Positions 19,594 through 30,011 of a stretch of DNA of 64,000 nt are shown piece after piece (the stretch's first letter is position 1; every line of letters starts with the position of its first letter). The notes under the pieces were generated by a model. It did not search any database. It saw only the letters and a program-made list of their open reading frames with translations, and was not told the DNA's origin. The position numbers were made by a program, and so were the translations under genes. The DNA comes from a virus: IMG/VR virus record IMGVR_UViG_3300046333_000120; one strand, 5' to 3'.

Positions 19594-20832
19594 ATGTCAG
19601 ATTTTAGAAACGTATCGGATTTTAGAAAAGGTTCATTTAAAAAATATCCATATCAGGATCCTACATACCTTTCATTTGCTATTCTATTTGATTGGTATAA
19701 CGCCGAAGAATCTCCACTGTTAGCAGGAAGCGGTGATATCACTAAACCCGATACATTAGGTCCAGCTGAATTATTCTTATATGAATTAGGAAACGCTGGA
19801 GGAGATTCTAGTCAATATTATAAAAATAAATTTGAGGATCTTATTAATTTTAAAAAAGCGCTTAAAACAATTAATGATGAAATGCCATGGTACTGGCAAT
19901 CACTAAAGGGGCTTGAAAGAGTTGTACAGCATGATCCTATGAATGCATATTTAGGAGGTGATGATGCTAAAATAGAAATAGAAACATTAGAATCTCTTAA
20001 TTTACCAATTGCAGGTTTAATGCATTTGTATCGTAGCGCGATTTTTGATGAAACAAAGTGGACATATATACTGCCAATTAATCTTAGAAAATTTAAAATG
20101 TATATTTATGTTACTGAGGTTAGAAGTATTCAAACAAATATTAGTACTAAAACAAATGGAATTCCTTCTAAATTAAATAAAGATGCTGTTAGTGGATTTC
20201 CCGGTAACTTTAAACCTACGATTGATTCACAAAATGAAAATGCTGGAATTATGGGATCTTCCGGAAGACCATATTTCATGACAGGTTTAGGATATTGTGA
20301 ATTTGATATGACAACAGGTACTACTATTTTTGCAGATCTTTCTAAAAATCCAGAAATGGCAACAAATTCAATTACCTTAAAATACGAAACATTAGAAAAA
20401 GTTGAAGCAAGGGTACTTAATGGAATTATAGAGGAATCTGCATATGCAAAAAATAATGTATCTCCTTCACCTGATTCTGAATTTTTTGAAAATTCTGTTA
20501 AAACTCCATTACAATTAGCTAAAGAAAAAGCAACAGGAAGGATAGTTGATATTACAGGCAAAGGTATTGAGACTGCAAATAAATTAGTTGAAGATAAAAA
20601 AAGAGAAATTGAACAAGAAATTAGAACAAGGACTGTTAACCGAATTCCATCAATGGAAAATGTATTTTCAAACGTTGTTAGAAAAATAGATAATGCAACA
20701 GATGTTACTCAGCAAAAGAGAAATATAGGAAATGCAATACAGGCAAATGTTAATGGAAATGTAGTTGGGAGCACTCTTAAACAAGGATTAGATATTGCTG
20801 CTGTTAAAAACTTAGGAAATATATATAAATAA
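19594..20832 (+). CDS. Putative tail/baseplate structural protein
   Basis: Synteny in the baseplate cluster. Confidence 0.45.
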   Translation: MSDFRNVSDFRKGSFKKYPYQDPTYLSFAILFDWYNAEESPLLAGSGDITKPDTLGPAELFLYELGNAGGDSSQYYKNKFEDLINFKKALKTINDEMPWYWQSLKGLERVVQHDPMNAYLGGDDAKIEIETLESLNLPIAGLMHLYRSAIFDETKWTYILPINLRKFKMYIYVTEVRSIQTNISTKTNGIPSKLNKDAVSGFPGNFKPTIDSQNENAGIMGSSGRPYFMTGLGYCEFDMTTGTTIFADLSKNPEMATNSITLKYETLEKVEARVLNGIIEESAYAKNNVSPSPDSEFFENSVKTPLQLAKEKATGRIVDITGKGIETANKLVEDKKREIEQEIRTRTVNRIPSMENVFSNVVRKIDNATDVTQQKRNIGNAIQANVNGNVVGSTLKQGLDIAAVKNLGNIYK

Positions 20833-21551
20833 TGGCAACTGATAAGGAATTAGATAAAGATAATATTAGAGAAACCCATTGGATTGGTGAGGTCGTAGAT
20901 AATAATGACCCTAAATTTCTAGGAAGATGCAGAGTAAAGGTATTTGGAAAATTTGATAAATTACCAAATGACTCAATTCCATGGGCAACTCCAATGAATA
21001 GAGACTTTGCAGGTTCTCATCATACTCCTAATTTAGGTACTATTGTTGCAGTTCGTTTTGACAATGGAAATATATACCACCCCGAATATTGGTTTCAAAT
21101 AAATCAAAGTAAATCGTTAAAGAAAGATATTCTAGATGCATCAGAGGCCGCACATAATGTAGTTTCATTAGTATATGACGAAGTAAGAAATATTAGAATC
21201 TATCACTCGCCTGAGGATGGACTTGTAATTACGAGAGGTAGTGGAGCTAAAGAAAGACCTTTAATTCAAATTGATGAAAAGGGTTATATTAAAATTTCAA
21301 CTACTGAAAAAATATTCCTAGACTCTGGAAATATATTTTTAAGTAATACAGGAGAAGGTTCAGAAGATGAAAAAGAACCTGCAGTTAGAGGAGTTTCATT
21401 AGAAAAATGGCTAAATAAATTATTGGATGATTATCAAAAGCACATACATCCTACACCTACTGGACCTTCTGGTCCACCATCAACCCCGACTCCTATGACT
21501 ATTTCAAGTTTAAAGAGTAAACATATTGATTACCAACAAAAGGGAAAATAA
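20832..21551 (+). CDS. Baseplate spike, gp5 N-terminal OB domain
   Basis: WIGEVVDNNDP..LGRCRVKVFG..IPWA..P..GTIV.V.FDNG; C-terminal HIHP metal-binding tip. Confidence 0.85.
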   Translation: MATDKELDKDNIRETHWIGEVVDNNDPKFLGRCRVKVFGKFDKLPNDSIPWATPMNRDFAGSHHTPNLGTIVAVRFDNGNIYHPEYWFQINQSKSLKKDILDASEAAHNVVSLVYDEVRNIRIYHSPEDGLVITRGSGAKERPLIQIDEKGYIKISTTEKIFLDSGNIFLSNTGEGSEDEKEPAVRGVSLEKWLNKLLDDYQKHIHPTPTGPSGPPSTPTPMTISSLKSKHIDYQQKGK

Positions 21552-21583
21552 TAAGAATATATAACTTATTAAAATAATAAGAC

Positions 21584-23209
21584 ATGCCTGCACAGTGGCC
21601 AACATTCATATATAATCTTTCAAATAAACTGAACAGTAGAAATTCTACTGGCCCAGACAATATTGGTATGTTTGTTGCTAATGAATATTTCAACGCTGTT
21701 AAAACTTCACAAACACTATTTGGTAATATACATAAATCTGGTCAAAAATCAATATTAGAAGAAGGATTTAAAAAAGCCTTTAATATGTTGTATAATTCAA
21801 AGGAACCTACTCTAATTGATAAATTTGGAAATGAATTATATGATGATATGTTTGAAATATTTCCAGAAATAGATATAAAGAATGATCCATTCTGTGACAT
21901 GGAAAGCTGGCTCATTGAAAACAAGGATACAATCGAACCTTTTATGTTTTATCAATTTTTTCCATCAACATGCCCTATTGAACCTCCTATTGATGCTAAT
22001 GTATTTGGAGAAATAGATATAACATTAGAAAATCTATCTGAAGTTATTACAAATACTCAACGTAATGAAGTTATCATGAAGGTTACAGGGGGTGACGGAG
22101 AAGCACCATACATAATTACATATAAACTAAATGGAGTTGTATTTAATACTACCACTGATTCACAGAGTGTATCAAGGGTTAGAATACCAACAGAACCTGG
22201 ATTTTACGAATATGTGTTTGAAAGCGCTATAGATTCTACTGGAAAAATAGAATTAAAAAATGTTAATCAAAAGGCTTCAATAGAAATAAAACCAGATGAA
22301 GTTCCTCGTATTATTATAGTTGATCAAAAACCAGAGAGACAGATTGTAGAAGATATGAATGAAGCCGCACGATTGAATTATGTTGCTAATAGAATTTTAA
22401 TGCAAAATGATGGAAGTGAATTCTTTAGAAGATGGATTGAAAATATAGATATTAATAGTTCTGACCCTTTTCTTAGGATGGTAAAGGAACGTGTGTTGAA
22501 TAATATGGCTTCCGGAATATCGTTTAATCGTAATCTAAGAGATAACTTTTTTCAAGAGGAATATAAATTGCATACTAAACAGTTACCAAAATGGCTTACG
22601 GTTGAATTTATAATAAGATATGTGTATGAACCTTCTAGAAATAAGTATCTAAGTTTATCTGATTACAAAAAGTCAACTGGAGATTTTATAGGAGCTTTTT
22701 ATACTAAATATAAAAAGAAGGCAGATAAAGATGCGTTAGAGGTTAAACAAAATAGATATAAGATAGAGCAGGAACGATTCAATGAATTGAAAAGAAGATG
22801 GATTTTAGAAATTTCAGAAAAAGAAAAAGAAAAAGAAGAGAATATAGATGAAAATGACGCTTATTTTGTCATGGCAGATTGCATTGTAAAATATTGGATG
22901 TCTACTGGTCCTGCCCCATTTAGCAAGGCTCCTCCTATTCCTCCGTGTAATATTCCAGATCCTGGAGTTTTTTTACCAATATCATACGGTAGTACTCGTA
23001 CTTTAGCAAATGACTTAAGAAAGGCATGGAATTCTGGTAAAAGATTTGAATTAGATTATTTAAATAGACCTGCCTCAAAAATAGTTGCAACGGCGGTTGC
23101 AGTATCATGTGCTAGACACTTATTAAAATTAAAATTCACATATATCGGTAAATTAACAATTGGAACTGCAACATCACCCATGGTGGGATTTAGTAAACTT
23201 GCATTCTAA
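21584..23209 (+). CDS. Hypothetical, probably structural protein
   Basis: Long ORF after the spike gene; AATATATAA upstream. Confidence 0.55.
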   Translation: MPAQWPTFIYNLSNKLNSRNSTGPDNIGMFVANEYFNAVKTSQTLFGNIHKSGQKSILEEGFKKAFNMLYNSKEPTLIDKFGNELYDDMFEIFPEIDIKNDPFCDMESWLIENKDTIEPFMFYQFFPSTCPIEPPIDANVFGEIDITLENLSEVITNTQRNEVIMKVTGGDGEAPYIITYKLNGVVFNTTTDSQSVSRVRIPTEPGFYEYVFESAIDSTGKIELKNVNQKASIEIKPDEVPRIIIVDQKPERQIVEDMNEAARLNYVANRILMQNDGSEFFRRWIENIDINSSDPFLRMVKERVLNNMASGISFNRNLRDNFFQEEYKLHTKQLPKWLTVEFIIRYVYEPSRNKYLSLSDYKKSTGDFIGAFYTKYKKKADKDALEVKQNRYKIEQERFNELKRRWILEISEKEKEKEENIDENDAYFVMADCIVKYWMSTGPAPFSKAPPIPPCNIPDPGVFLPISYGSTRTLANDLRKAWNSGKRFELDYLNRPASKIVATAVAVSCARHLLKLKFTYIGKLTIGTATSPMVGFSKLAF

Positions 23210-23259
23210 AAAAACATATATATAACATAATAAATTATTAATACTTAAAAACAAAAAAA

Positions 23260-24450
23260 ATGTCAAAAACACAGTTAGTAACAGAAGGAATTATTGGATT
23301 TGATTGGGATGCACATTTAGCAGATTGTCCATCATCATATAAAAGACCAAATTCACATGTAAAAACAAATGATGGTCACAAAGTTTATTCTAGAGAACCT
23401 TATGCTCAAGAACTTTATGATTTAATGGAAAACTCATTTTCACAAACGCCACATGTATTTGCTGTAAATGTTGGAGAAACATATACTGGTAAAGTATATT
23501 CAGTTGATACTGAATGGGCATCTATTGACGTAGGTCATAGAGAAATGGTATATGTGAATATGTCCAGAGAATCAGATATTTCAAAATCAAAATTAGTACC
23601 AGGTACTGAAGTATCTGTTGAAATTACAGGAGATAGAAATATTAAAGGGTTTGTTATTGGATCTGTTGAAGCTGGAATTAAAGCGGCAATTCTTAGAGAA
23701 ATTTTAGCATCAATCGAAGGTGGAAACACCGCGTATATTGGAACAGTAACTGGAATGATTCCAAACGGTGGATATTTCGTAAATGTGCAAGGTGTGGATT
23801 GTTTTATGCCAGGTTCACTTGCAGGAATTAATAAACTTGCGGAATTTGAGTCTATTCTAAATACACAAATGTATGTTGTTCCTATGAGTTATTCTCCTGA
23901 AAGAGGAACTGTAATTGTTTCGCATAGAAAATATTTACAAGCAATGATTCCTAGTAGAGTAGAAGAACTTAGAAATAATATTGGAGAAACAAAAACAGGT
24001 AATGTTACTGGTTCTGCTAAATATGGTGTATTTGTTGAGTTTGATGGATGTTTAACTGGAATGATTCATGCAAATGATTTAACATCAGAAATGGCCAAGA
24101 AACATAAGTCTAGAGAAATACTGCCTGGTGATGAAATTGAATTTAAAGTTAAAGAAATTATTAGTGATACTAAAATTACTTTAACCCAATTAGAGTATGC
24201 TGAAACAGTAGATCCATGGAAAGAAATTGCAGGAAAATATAAATCATTTCCAACAGAAGTACAAGGTTCTATTAAGTCAGTTAAAGACTATGGAGTATTT
24301 GTTGATATTGGAGATGGAATTGTAGGGTTATTACATGTATCTGAATTACCAGAAGGAATGGAAGTTGAATCTCTTACTAAAAATAGTCCAATTACAGTAC
24401 AAGTTACACGAATTGATATTGACACACGAAAAGTTTTCTTAAAACTATAG
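23260..24450 (+). CDS. rpsA: Ribosomal protein bS1-like protein (about 4 S1 domains)
   Basis: Tandem S1 repeats: GKVYSV..ASIDVG; GGYFVNVQGVDCFMPGS; KYGVFVEFDG.LTGMIH; DPW..DYGVFVDIGDGIVGLLHVSEL. Confidence 0.85.
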   Translation: MSKTQLVTEGIIGFDWDAHLADCPSSYKRPNSHVKTNDGHKVYSREPYAQELYDLMENSFSQTPHVFAVNVGETYTGKVYSVDTEWASIDVGHREMVYVNMSRESDISKSKLVPGTEVSVEITGDRNIKGFVIGSVEAGIKAAILREILASIEGGNTAYIGTVTGMIPNGGYFVNVQGVDCFMPGSLAGINKLAEFESILNTQMYVVPMSYSPERGTVIVSHRKYLQAMIPSRVEELRNNIGETKTGNVTGSAKYGVFVEFDGCLTGMIHANDLTSEMAKKHKSREILPGDEIEFKVKEIISDTKITLTQLEYAETVDPWKEIAGKYKSFPTEVQGSIKSVKDYGVFVDIGDGIVGLLHVSELPEGMEVESLTKNSPITVQVTRIDIDTRKVFLKL

Positions 24451-24532
24451 TAGTTAACAACTTTTTTTAAAATAATTAACCCGAGATTTTTTAGTCTCGG
24501 GTTTTTTGTTTATATTTACATTATAATTAAAA
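24451..24532 (+). repeat. Intergenic hairpin/promoter module, copy 3 (different stem)
   Basis: Same flanks as 3977 and 8972 but stem is AACCCGAGA/TCTCGGGTT. Confidence 0.75.
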
Positions 24533-24546
24533 CAAATATATAATAT

Positions 24547-25350
24547 ATGAACAAGCTTAAGACATACTCTCAATTTTTAAACGAATCAAAACAAAATAAT
24601 ATAGTTAATGTTATTTTAGATGCACTAGAACCTACTATTGTTGAAATGGTATCTTCTACTGAAAAATGGTTTGTTGAAACATTTAAACAAGAATTTACTA
24701 AGTATGATAGAGAAATGGCAAGGCTTAATCTAATTTTTGATATGGTAAAAGCTATCGAAACATATACTCTTCCAACAGATTCGTTGATTTCATTGAATGT
24801 TAGTAAAAGTGCTAAAGGAAATATTCAAATAGATGCCCAAATTCAAAGAGGAGAAACTACTTATAGTTTTTTAACAGAAGCAATTTATACAGGAGGACAT
24901 AATATCCAAGTACTTCATTATAGATATATTGTTAAAACTAATCTTCCAAAAAATGGAGCTACTGAAATTACTAAAGAGTATGCCGACAAAATTAAGAAAA
25001 TGTCAAAGCTTGAAAAGTTAAATAAAGAAATAAATAGCTACACTATACGTATTAAAAATGCTGAAGAAAAGGTTGAAACTAATTCTAAAGTAACGGATGA
25101 AGAAATATTAAAAATCTTAAAATCTAGAGAAGATTGGAAAGAATCTCCAACATGGGAAGAGATAATCCGAAGAGATGCTGCTAAAAATTATAATAACGAT
25201 GAAGCGCACTACTACCAAGAACAAGAAAGATATTTAAATTCTAGAATAGAACACTGGAAATATCTAAATGTAAATTCAAATAAATCATGGTTAGTAGGAG
25301 CAGCAAAGGAACTTAAAAAACTACAATCTAAATTAGATTCATTGGTATAA
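24547..25350 (+). CDS. Hypothetical protein with capsid-targeting-like leader
   Basis: MNKLKTYSQFLNES. Confidence 0.65.
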   Translation: MNKLKTYSQFLNESKQNNIVNVILDALEPTIVEMVSSTEKWFVETFKQEFTKYDREMARLNLIFDMVKAIETYTLPTDSLISLNVSKSAKGNIQIDAQIQRGETTYSFLTEAIYTGGHNIQVLHYRYIVKTNLPKNGATEITKEYADKIKKMSKLEKLNKEINSYTIRIKNAEEKVETNSKVTDEEILKILKSREDWKESPTWEEIIRRDAAKNYNNDEAHYYQEQERYLNSRIEHWKYLNVNSNKSWLVGAAKELKKLQSKLDSLV

Positions 25351-25397
25351 TTATTTACTAAGATATATAACTTAATAAGTAATATATCTATACAGTA

Positions 25398-26690
25398 ATG
25401 AATAATCTAAATGATGCAAATATTTTACAGAATGCTTTAGTAGGTGTTGAATTTGAATTTTATTCAAATTTATCAGCTGAAGAAACTGCAGATCAAATTG
25501 CAAAAATGCTTGGCAAAAAAATTCACGTTGAGAAGAAAGCGCATAGCGATTTTGAAGTAACTCGGGATGAATTTAAAATAGAACCTGATATGTCAGGTGG
25601 CGCTAAACTATTAGAATTAGTTACAGGTGCACTTCCTTACTTTGCTGCAAGATTAATGATAATTAAAGTATGTGATTGGATTGAAAAGAATGGATATACA
25701 AATGATCGTTCATCAATTCACTTAAATCTTTCTTTTGATAAATCTAAGATAGAGAATAAATATAGAATCTCTAAAATGAATACTCTTAAATTCATTTTAG
25801 ATTTTAATGAAGAGCAGGTGTTTAAATTCTTTCCAAAGAGAGAAAATTCAGCATATGCAAAATCAATTAAATTTGTTTTACCTAAAGAAGATACTTATTT
25901 CTTTGATGGTAAATATATCAATCAACAAAACTTTATATTTCCAGATACTAAATATTATGGTATCAATTTCGAAAAGAGACATAAAAATTATCTTGAATTT
26001 AGATATGTTGGCGGTGCAGATTGGGAAAAGAAAACAACTACAATTTTACATCTAGTCGATAGTTTTTTATTACAAGTATGGAAATCAACTGAAAATACTG
26101 AATTCTCAGGATTAAATGCAATCGAACTTAAAAAAATAATTTCTAAAAATCAAAGAATAATTGATGCAAGAAAGAATTGGAAAACAATACAAGATAATTG
26201 GAATGATGTTAAATTTACAGTTGATTTAAAGGATGATCCTAAAGTAGTAGATCTTTATTGGCCTAGTGTTAAAGAACGTGTTATGAAATTATTTACGCAT
26301 GGTACTTTAACAAAAGGACATGTCAATTACGATTCAGACAGTGGCAGAATTCAAGTAGCTAATGGTAAATTAGAGTACTGTGTAGATTTACATGGATATG
26401 AATTTATTGGTTGTTTCTTAAGAGGAGAATTTTCAGAATGTGATATGTATGGATGTGATATACATGGATCTGATATACACTACTGTAATTTCTATTCAAG
26501 TACTCAAATAAATTCAAGTAAATTAGATTCATCATATGTGCATGGTTCATGCGTTACGTCAGATTGCTATGTATATGGAAAAGGAATATTTAAAGGTACT
26601 ATGAATGGCGGTATTTTTAGAGAAGGTAGTTATGATAAAAAACTTGCAAAATTTAATGATGTTGAAATCATTAAATATAAATTAATATAA
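25398..26690 (+). CDS. Putative amidoligase (COOH-NH2 ligase-like) with C-terminal beta-helix-like region
   Basis: GVEFEF, PDMS, LELVT, SIHLN, LEFR motifs; Cys/Ser-rich short repeats at the C-terminus. Confidence 0.6.
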   Translation: MNNLNDANILQNALVGVEFEFYSNLSAEETADQIAKMLGKKIHVEKKAHSDFEVTRDEFKIEPDMSGGAKLLELVTGALPYFAARLMIIKVCDWIEKNGYTNDRSSIHLNLSFDKSKIENKYRISKMNTLKFILDFNEEQVFKFFPKRENSAYAKSIKFVLPKEDTYFFDGKYINQQNFIFPDTKYYGINFEKRHKNYLEFRYVGGADWEKKTTTILHLVDSFLLQVWKSTENTEFSGLNAIELKKIISKNQRIIDARKNWKTIQDNWNDVKFTVDLKDDPKVVDLYWPSVKERVMKLFTHGTLTKGHVNYDSDSGRIQVANGKLEYCVDLHGYEFIGCFLRGEFSECDMYGCDIHGSDIHYCNFYSSTQINSSKLDSSYVHGSCVTSDCYVYGKGIFKGTMNGGIFREGSYDKKLAKFNDVEIIKYKLI

Positions 26691-26706
26691 AAATAGAAAC
26701 AATATA

Positions 26707-27537
26707 ATGAGCGATATAATTATAGGAAATAATGATTTATTAAATGATCCAACATGGGGAAGTGATTGTTTTAATAACTTTGTTAACGAATTAGCAGATG
26801 AAATTACAGGTTCTTGTATGATTCCAATGAATCTTCCAAGAAAGGAAGTACAAAACATAGTATTGCGTGCTAAAAAATGGTTTTATAAAAATTATGAGTA
26901 CTCTGTTAGAGAGAATTTCATGGTTTTACCTGTAGAATTATTTGACTCTACCCACTTTAAAAGCAAAAGAAGTTTTACTTTACCTAAAATGGATTCAATT
27001 ACTGGAGGAAATGAAGTTTATTCAGTGTATGGATTATTTGAAGTTGGTGCAAACTGGGGAGGATCTATGGACATTAACTTTACTCAAGGAGATTTTTCTA
27101 TTGAAAGAATGTTAATGAGTGGAATGAGTGGTGGTTCTAGAACAGCTGATGCCGCAGAAAATTTACAATATTATGTAATTAATCAAAGTTTCTTTGATCT
27201 TGCCAGACAAATTATTCAAAATCCAATAGGATATCATTATAATCAATTAACACATGAATTAAGATTTACTGGAGAAACTCCGAAGAAAAATGTTATTCTT
27301 AATGTATATGAAACTATTCCAGAATGTGCATTATTTGATGATGAAATTTTCTTTAGATATTGCGCTGCAAAAATTAAAATTTCTTTAGGACAAAAATTAT
27401 CTATTTTTGGTTTTTCTCTTCCTGGAAATATTGAAGTAAATTCGGATGCTATTAAAGGATTAGGAGAAGATGAATTAGATAAAGTAATTGAAGAAATAAA
27501 AGGTGATGAAGGCGTAGATTGGATGATGCATTCTTAA
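26707..27537 (+). CDS. Neck protein, T4 gp13-like
   Basis: YCAAKIK..LG.KL..F...LPGNIEVN..I...G..ELDK matches the gp13 C-terminal pattern. Confidence 0.7.
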   Translation: MSDIIIGNNDLLNDPTWGSDCFNNFVNELADEITGSCMIPMNLPRKEVQNIVLRAKKWFYKNYEYSVRENFMVLPVELFDSTHFKSKRSFTLPKMDSITGGNEVYSVYGLFEVGANWGGSMDINFTQGDFSIERMLMSGMSGGSRTADAAENLQYYVINQSFFDLARQIIQNPIGYHYNQLTHELRFTGETPKKNVILNVYETIPECALFDDEIFFRYCAAKIKISLGQKLSIFGFSLPGNIEVNSDAIKGLGEDELDKVIEEIKGDEGVDWMMHS

Positions 27538-27553
27538 ACAAATATATAATACT

Positions 27554-27907
27554 ATGGAACTATATATAAAAACTTTAGGAGATCCTAATTATCGTGATGA
27601 TCAGATGCAATCTGACGAGGAAATCCTAATGATGTTAACTCAAATTGAAACGCTTGTATTTACAAATAAAGGCGAAGTAATGGGAGATCCGGAATTTGGA
27701 TTAAACTTAGAAGATTATGTATATTCATTCATGTATAACGATGATATGTTAAGAGGAGTAGTAAATAATGCAATAATACAGTATATTCCATTATCTTCAA
27801 AGTATCCTGTGAGTGTTACTGTAGAATATACAACACAATCAGATAGAAACGCAGTCTACATAGATATTACAATTGATAATAAATATGGAATAGGACTGTA
27901 TATATAA
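27554..27907 (+). CDS. Baseplate wedge gp25-like
   Basis: LVFTNKGEVMGDPEFGLNL signature. Confidence 0.85.
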   Translation: MELYIKTLGDPNYRDDQMQSDEEILMMLTQIETLVFTNKGEVMGDPEFGLNLEDYVYSFMYNDDMLRGVVNNAIIQYIPLSSKYPVSVTVEYTTQSDRNAVYIDITIDNKYGIGLYI

Positions 27908-27919
27908 AATATAAAAAAG

Positions 27920-29740
27920 ATGGCAGAATTAAAATTTTTATCAACCGCTAGAATAAAAACTAGCGAAATGTTAGCAGATACTAGAACTTATATCAGTAGA
28001 TTATACGGTAGAAGCGGTGAATTATTTACAAAAGCTTCTCCATTCTCTCAAATATTGGAAGTATTAGCCGAGCTTTCCAATTTAATATTCTTTTATATAG
28101 AGGATGCCACTGTTGAACAAAACATATTAACAGCACAAAATAATGAATCAATATATGGACTTGCAAGATTAGCAGGTCATGACGCATTTCGAGGAAGTTC
28201 TGCAATTGGAGAAATAAAAATAAGATTAAATACAAGCGCATTTAATGAAATTACAGGAGATGCTATTAATATTCCAGCAAATACCATTATTAAGGCACGT
28301 AAAAATAGTCTACCATACTTATTAAAAACAAATAATGATCAGTTTAGAATTGAAAAAAGTAATCCAGAATATTTGTATATTCCAATAATACAAGGAGAAA
28401 TACAAAATCAAACAGTTACAGGAACTGGTGAAAAATTACAATCATTTAATCTTATTATTAAAAAGAATACTGATCACCATTCTGTCAAGTTAAGTGTAAA
28501 TAGTGAACCATGGACAAAATATGATTCTCTATACGATATGAAATATGGTACTAAAGGATATATTGTTAAAACAGGAATTACAGGAGGTTTAGATATTTAT
28601 TTTGGAAACGGTTCATTTGGAATGATTCCAGTTTCAGGTGCAACTATTAATGTCGAATATATGATAACCTCAGGAAGCAAAGGTAATTTAACAGGTTCTA
28701 AAGATCTTAATTTTACATTTGAAACTGAAGGATATGATTCTTTAGGAAACTCATATAACTTAAATAAATTATTGGAATCTTCATTTACAACTGCTCCTGT
28801 GATGGGAACAGATCCAGAATCAATTGAACTTACTAAATTAATAGCACCGATGCAGAGTCACTCTTTTGTTTTAGCAACACCAGAGCATTATGAAGCATTT
28901 CTTTCAAGATATGGTATGTTTTCATATTTAGATGCATATAACACAACTGAAGATGGTTATCTAGATGATGATAATGTAATATATTTATTTATGTTACCTG
29001 ATACTGCTAAAAAACTTTCTAAAAATAATGATTATTTTAATCTTAATAGAGAAGAATTTTTCTTTTCTGAAGATGAAATAAATGGAATACTATCTAATAT
29101 AGAAAAATCTGGACAACAGATGGTTACAACTGAAGTAAAGGTGGTTAATCCTAGTGTCCAACTTTTTAGAATGGATATTAAGGTTAGGTATTTCGAAGGA
29201 TATGATAAAGCAAATTTATATACGGCCATACGTTCAAAAATTTCAGACTATTTAATTAATATTACGAGAAGAGATCGTTTACCAAAATCAGATATTATTG
29301 CGTTATTAGAAGGTGTTGATGGAATAGATTCAGTGAATGTTCGATTTGTTTCTGAAGCAGAAGAAACTGCTAGAAGAAATGGATATTATACAAGTGAAAC
29401 TATCACAGTTACTCCAAGCACACCCGTACTTGAAGATATTGGTAATGGAAATTCCAAATATGTTTTTTTTAAGAGAACAGTTACAAAAACAACGGTTAAC
29501 TTCGAAAAAGGAGCTGCTCTTCCTGAAAATGTAATTAATTTAGATTCCTTTGGAGATATTCTTTTAGATAAAGAAGAAGTTGCATTATTTAGAGGTGGAT
29601 GGCAAGATAGAGGAGGAGTAACGATATTAGATGATGCGAAGATGGGAGAAATGGCTGCACTTTCAATTTATTTTGATGAACCTGCAGTTCCAAATACAAT
29701 ATTTAGTCGAGTACAATCACAAAATAGAAAAGCACTGTAA
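27920..29740 (+). CDS. Baseplate wedge gp6 / baseplate J-like
   Basis: ILTAQ..SIYGLARLAGH, IYFGNGSFG.IP, G.DPESIE. Confidence 0.8.
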   Translation: MAELKFLSTARIKTSEMLADTRTYISRLYGRSGELFTKASPFSQILEVLAELSNLIFFYIEDATVEQNILTAQNNESIYGLARLAGHDAFRGSSAIGEIKIRLNTSAFNEITGDAINIPANTIIKARKNSLPYLLKTNNDQFRIEKSNPEYLYIPIIQGEIQNQTVTGTGEKLQSFNLIIKKNTDHHSVKLSVNSEPWTKYDSLYDMKYGTKGYIVKTGITGGLDIYFGNGSFGMIPVSGATINVEYMITSGSKGNLTGSKDLNFTFETEGYDSLGNSYNLNKLLESSFTTAPVMGTDPESIELTKLIAPMQSHSFVLATPEHYEAFLSRYGMFSYLDAYNTTEDGYLDDDNVIYLFMLPDTAKKLSKNNDYFNLNREEFFFSEDEINGILSNIEKSGQQMVTTEVKVVNPSVQLFRMDIKVRYFEGYDKANLYTAIRSKISDYLINITRRDRLPKSDIIALLEGVDGIDSVNVRFVSEAEETARRNGYYTSETITVTPSTPVLEDIGNGNSKYVFFKRTVTKTTVNFEKGAALPENVINLDSFGDILLDKEEVALFRGGWQDRGGVTILDDAKMGEMAALSIYFDEPAVPNTIFSRVQSQNRKAL

Positions 29741-30009
29741 TGGATTTATTAAGTAATTTATTTAAAGTTCGTAAGGTTAAATTATATGATATTAAATTAT
29801 CAGTGATGGATGATAGAAAAAATGTTGGAAATAATTATAGATCTAATATTTTGATTAATTCAATTTCACAGTACATTCAAAGAAATGATGCAGTAAATGA
29901 TTTCGTAATTATGATACAACATGTTATCGCAGATTTCGTAGATTCAGTTACATATTTAAAATCATATAAGTCTTTTACACTTAAAAAAGGAGACAAAAAA
30001 GTTAAATAA
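29740..30009 (+). CDS. Hypothetical baseplate-cluster protein
   Basis: TAATG-coupled to the gp6-like gene. Confidence 0.6.
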   Translation: MDLLSNLFKVRKVKLYDIKLSVMDDRKNVGNNYRSNILINSISQYIQRNDAVNDFVIMIQHVIADFVDSVTYLKSYKSFTLKKGDKKVK

Positions 30010-30011
30010 TA

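Noticed and set aside
3977-24532. CRISPR array or IS/MITE interpretation of the hairpin repeats
   Set aside because: Copies are kilobases apart with no spacers, cas genes, terminal inverted repeats or target duplications.
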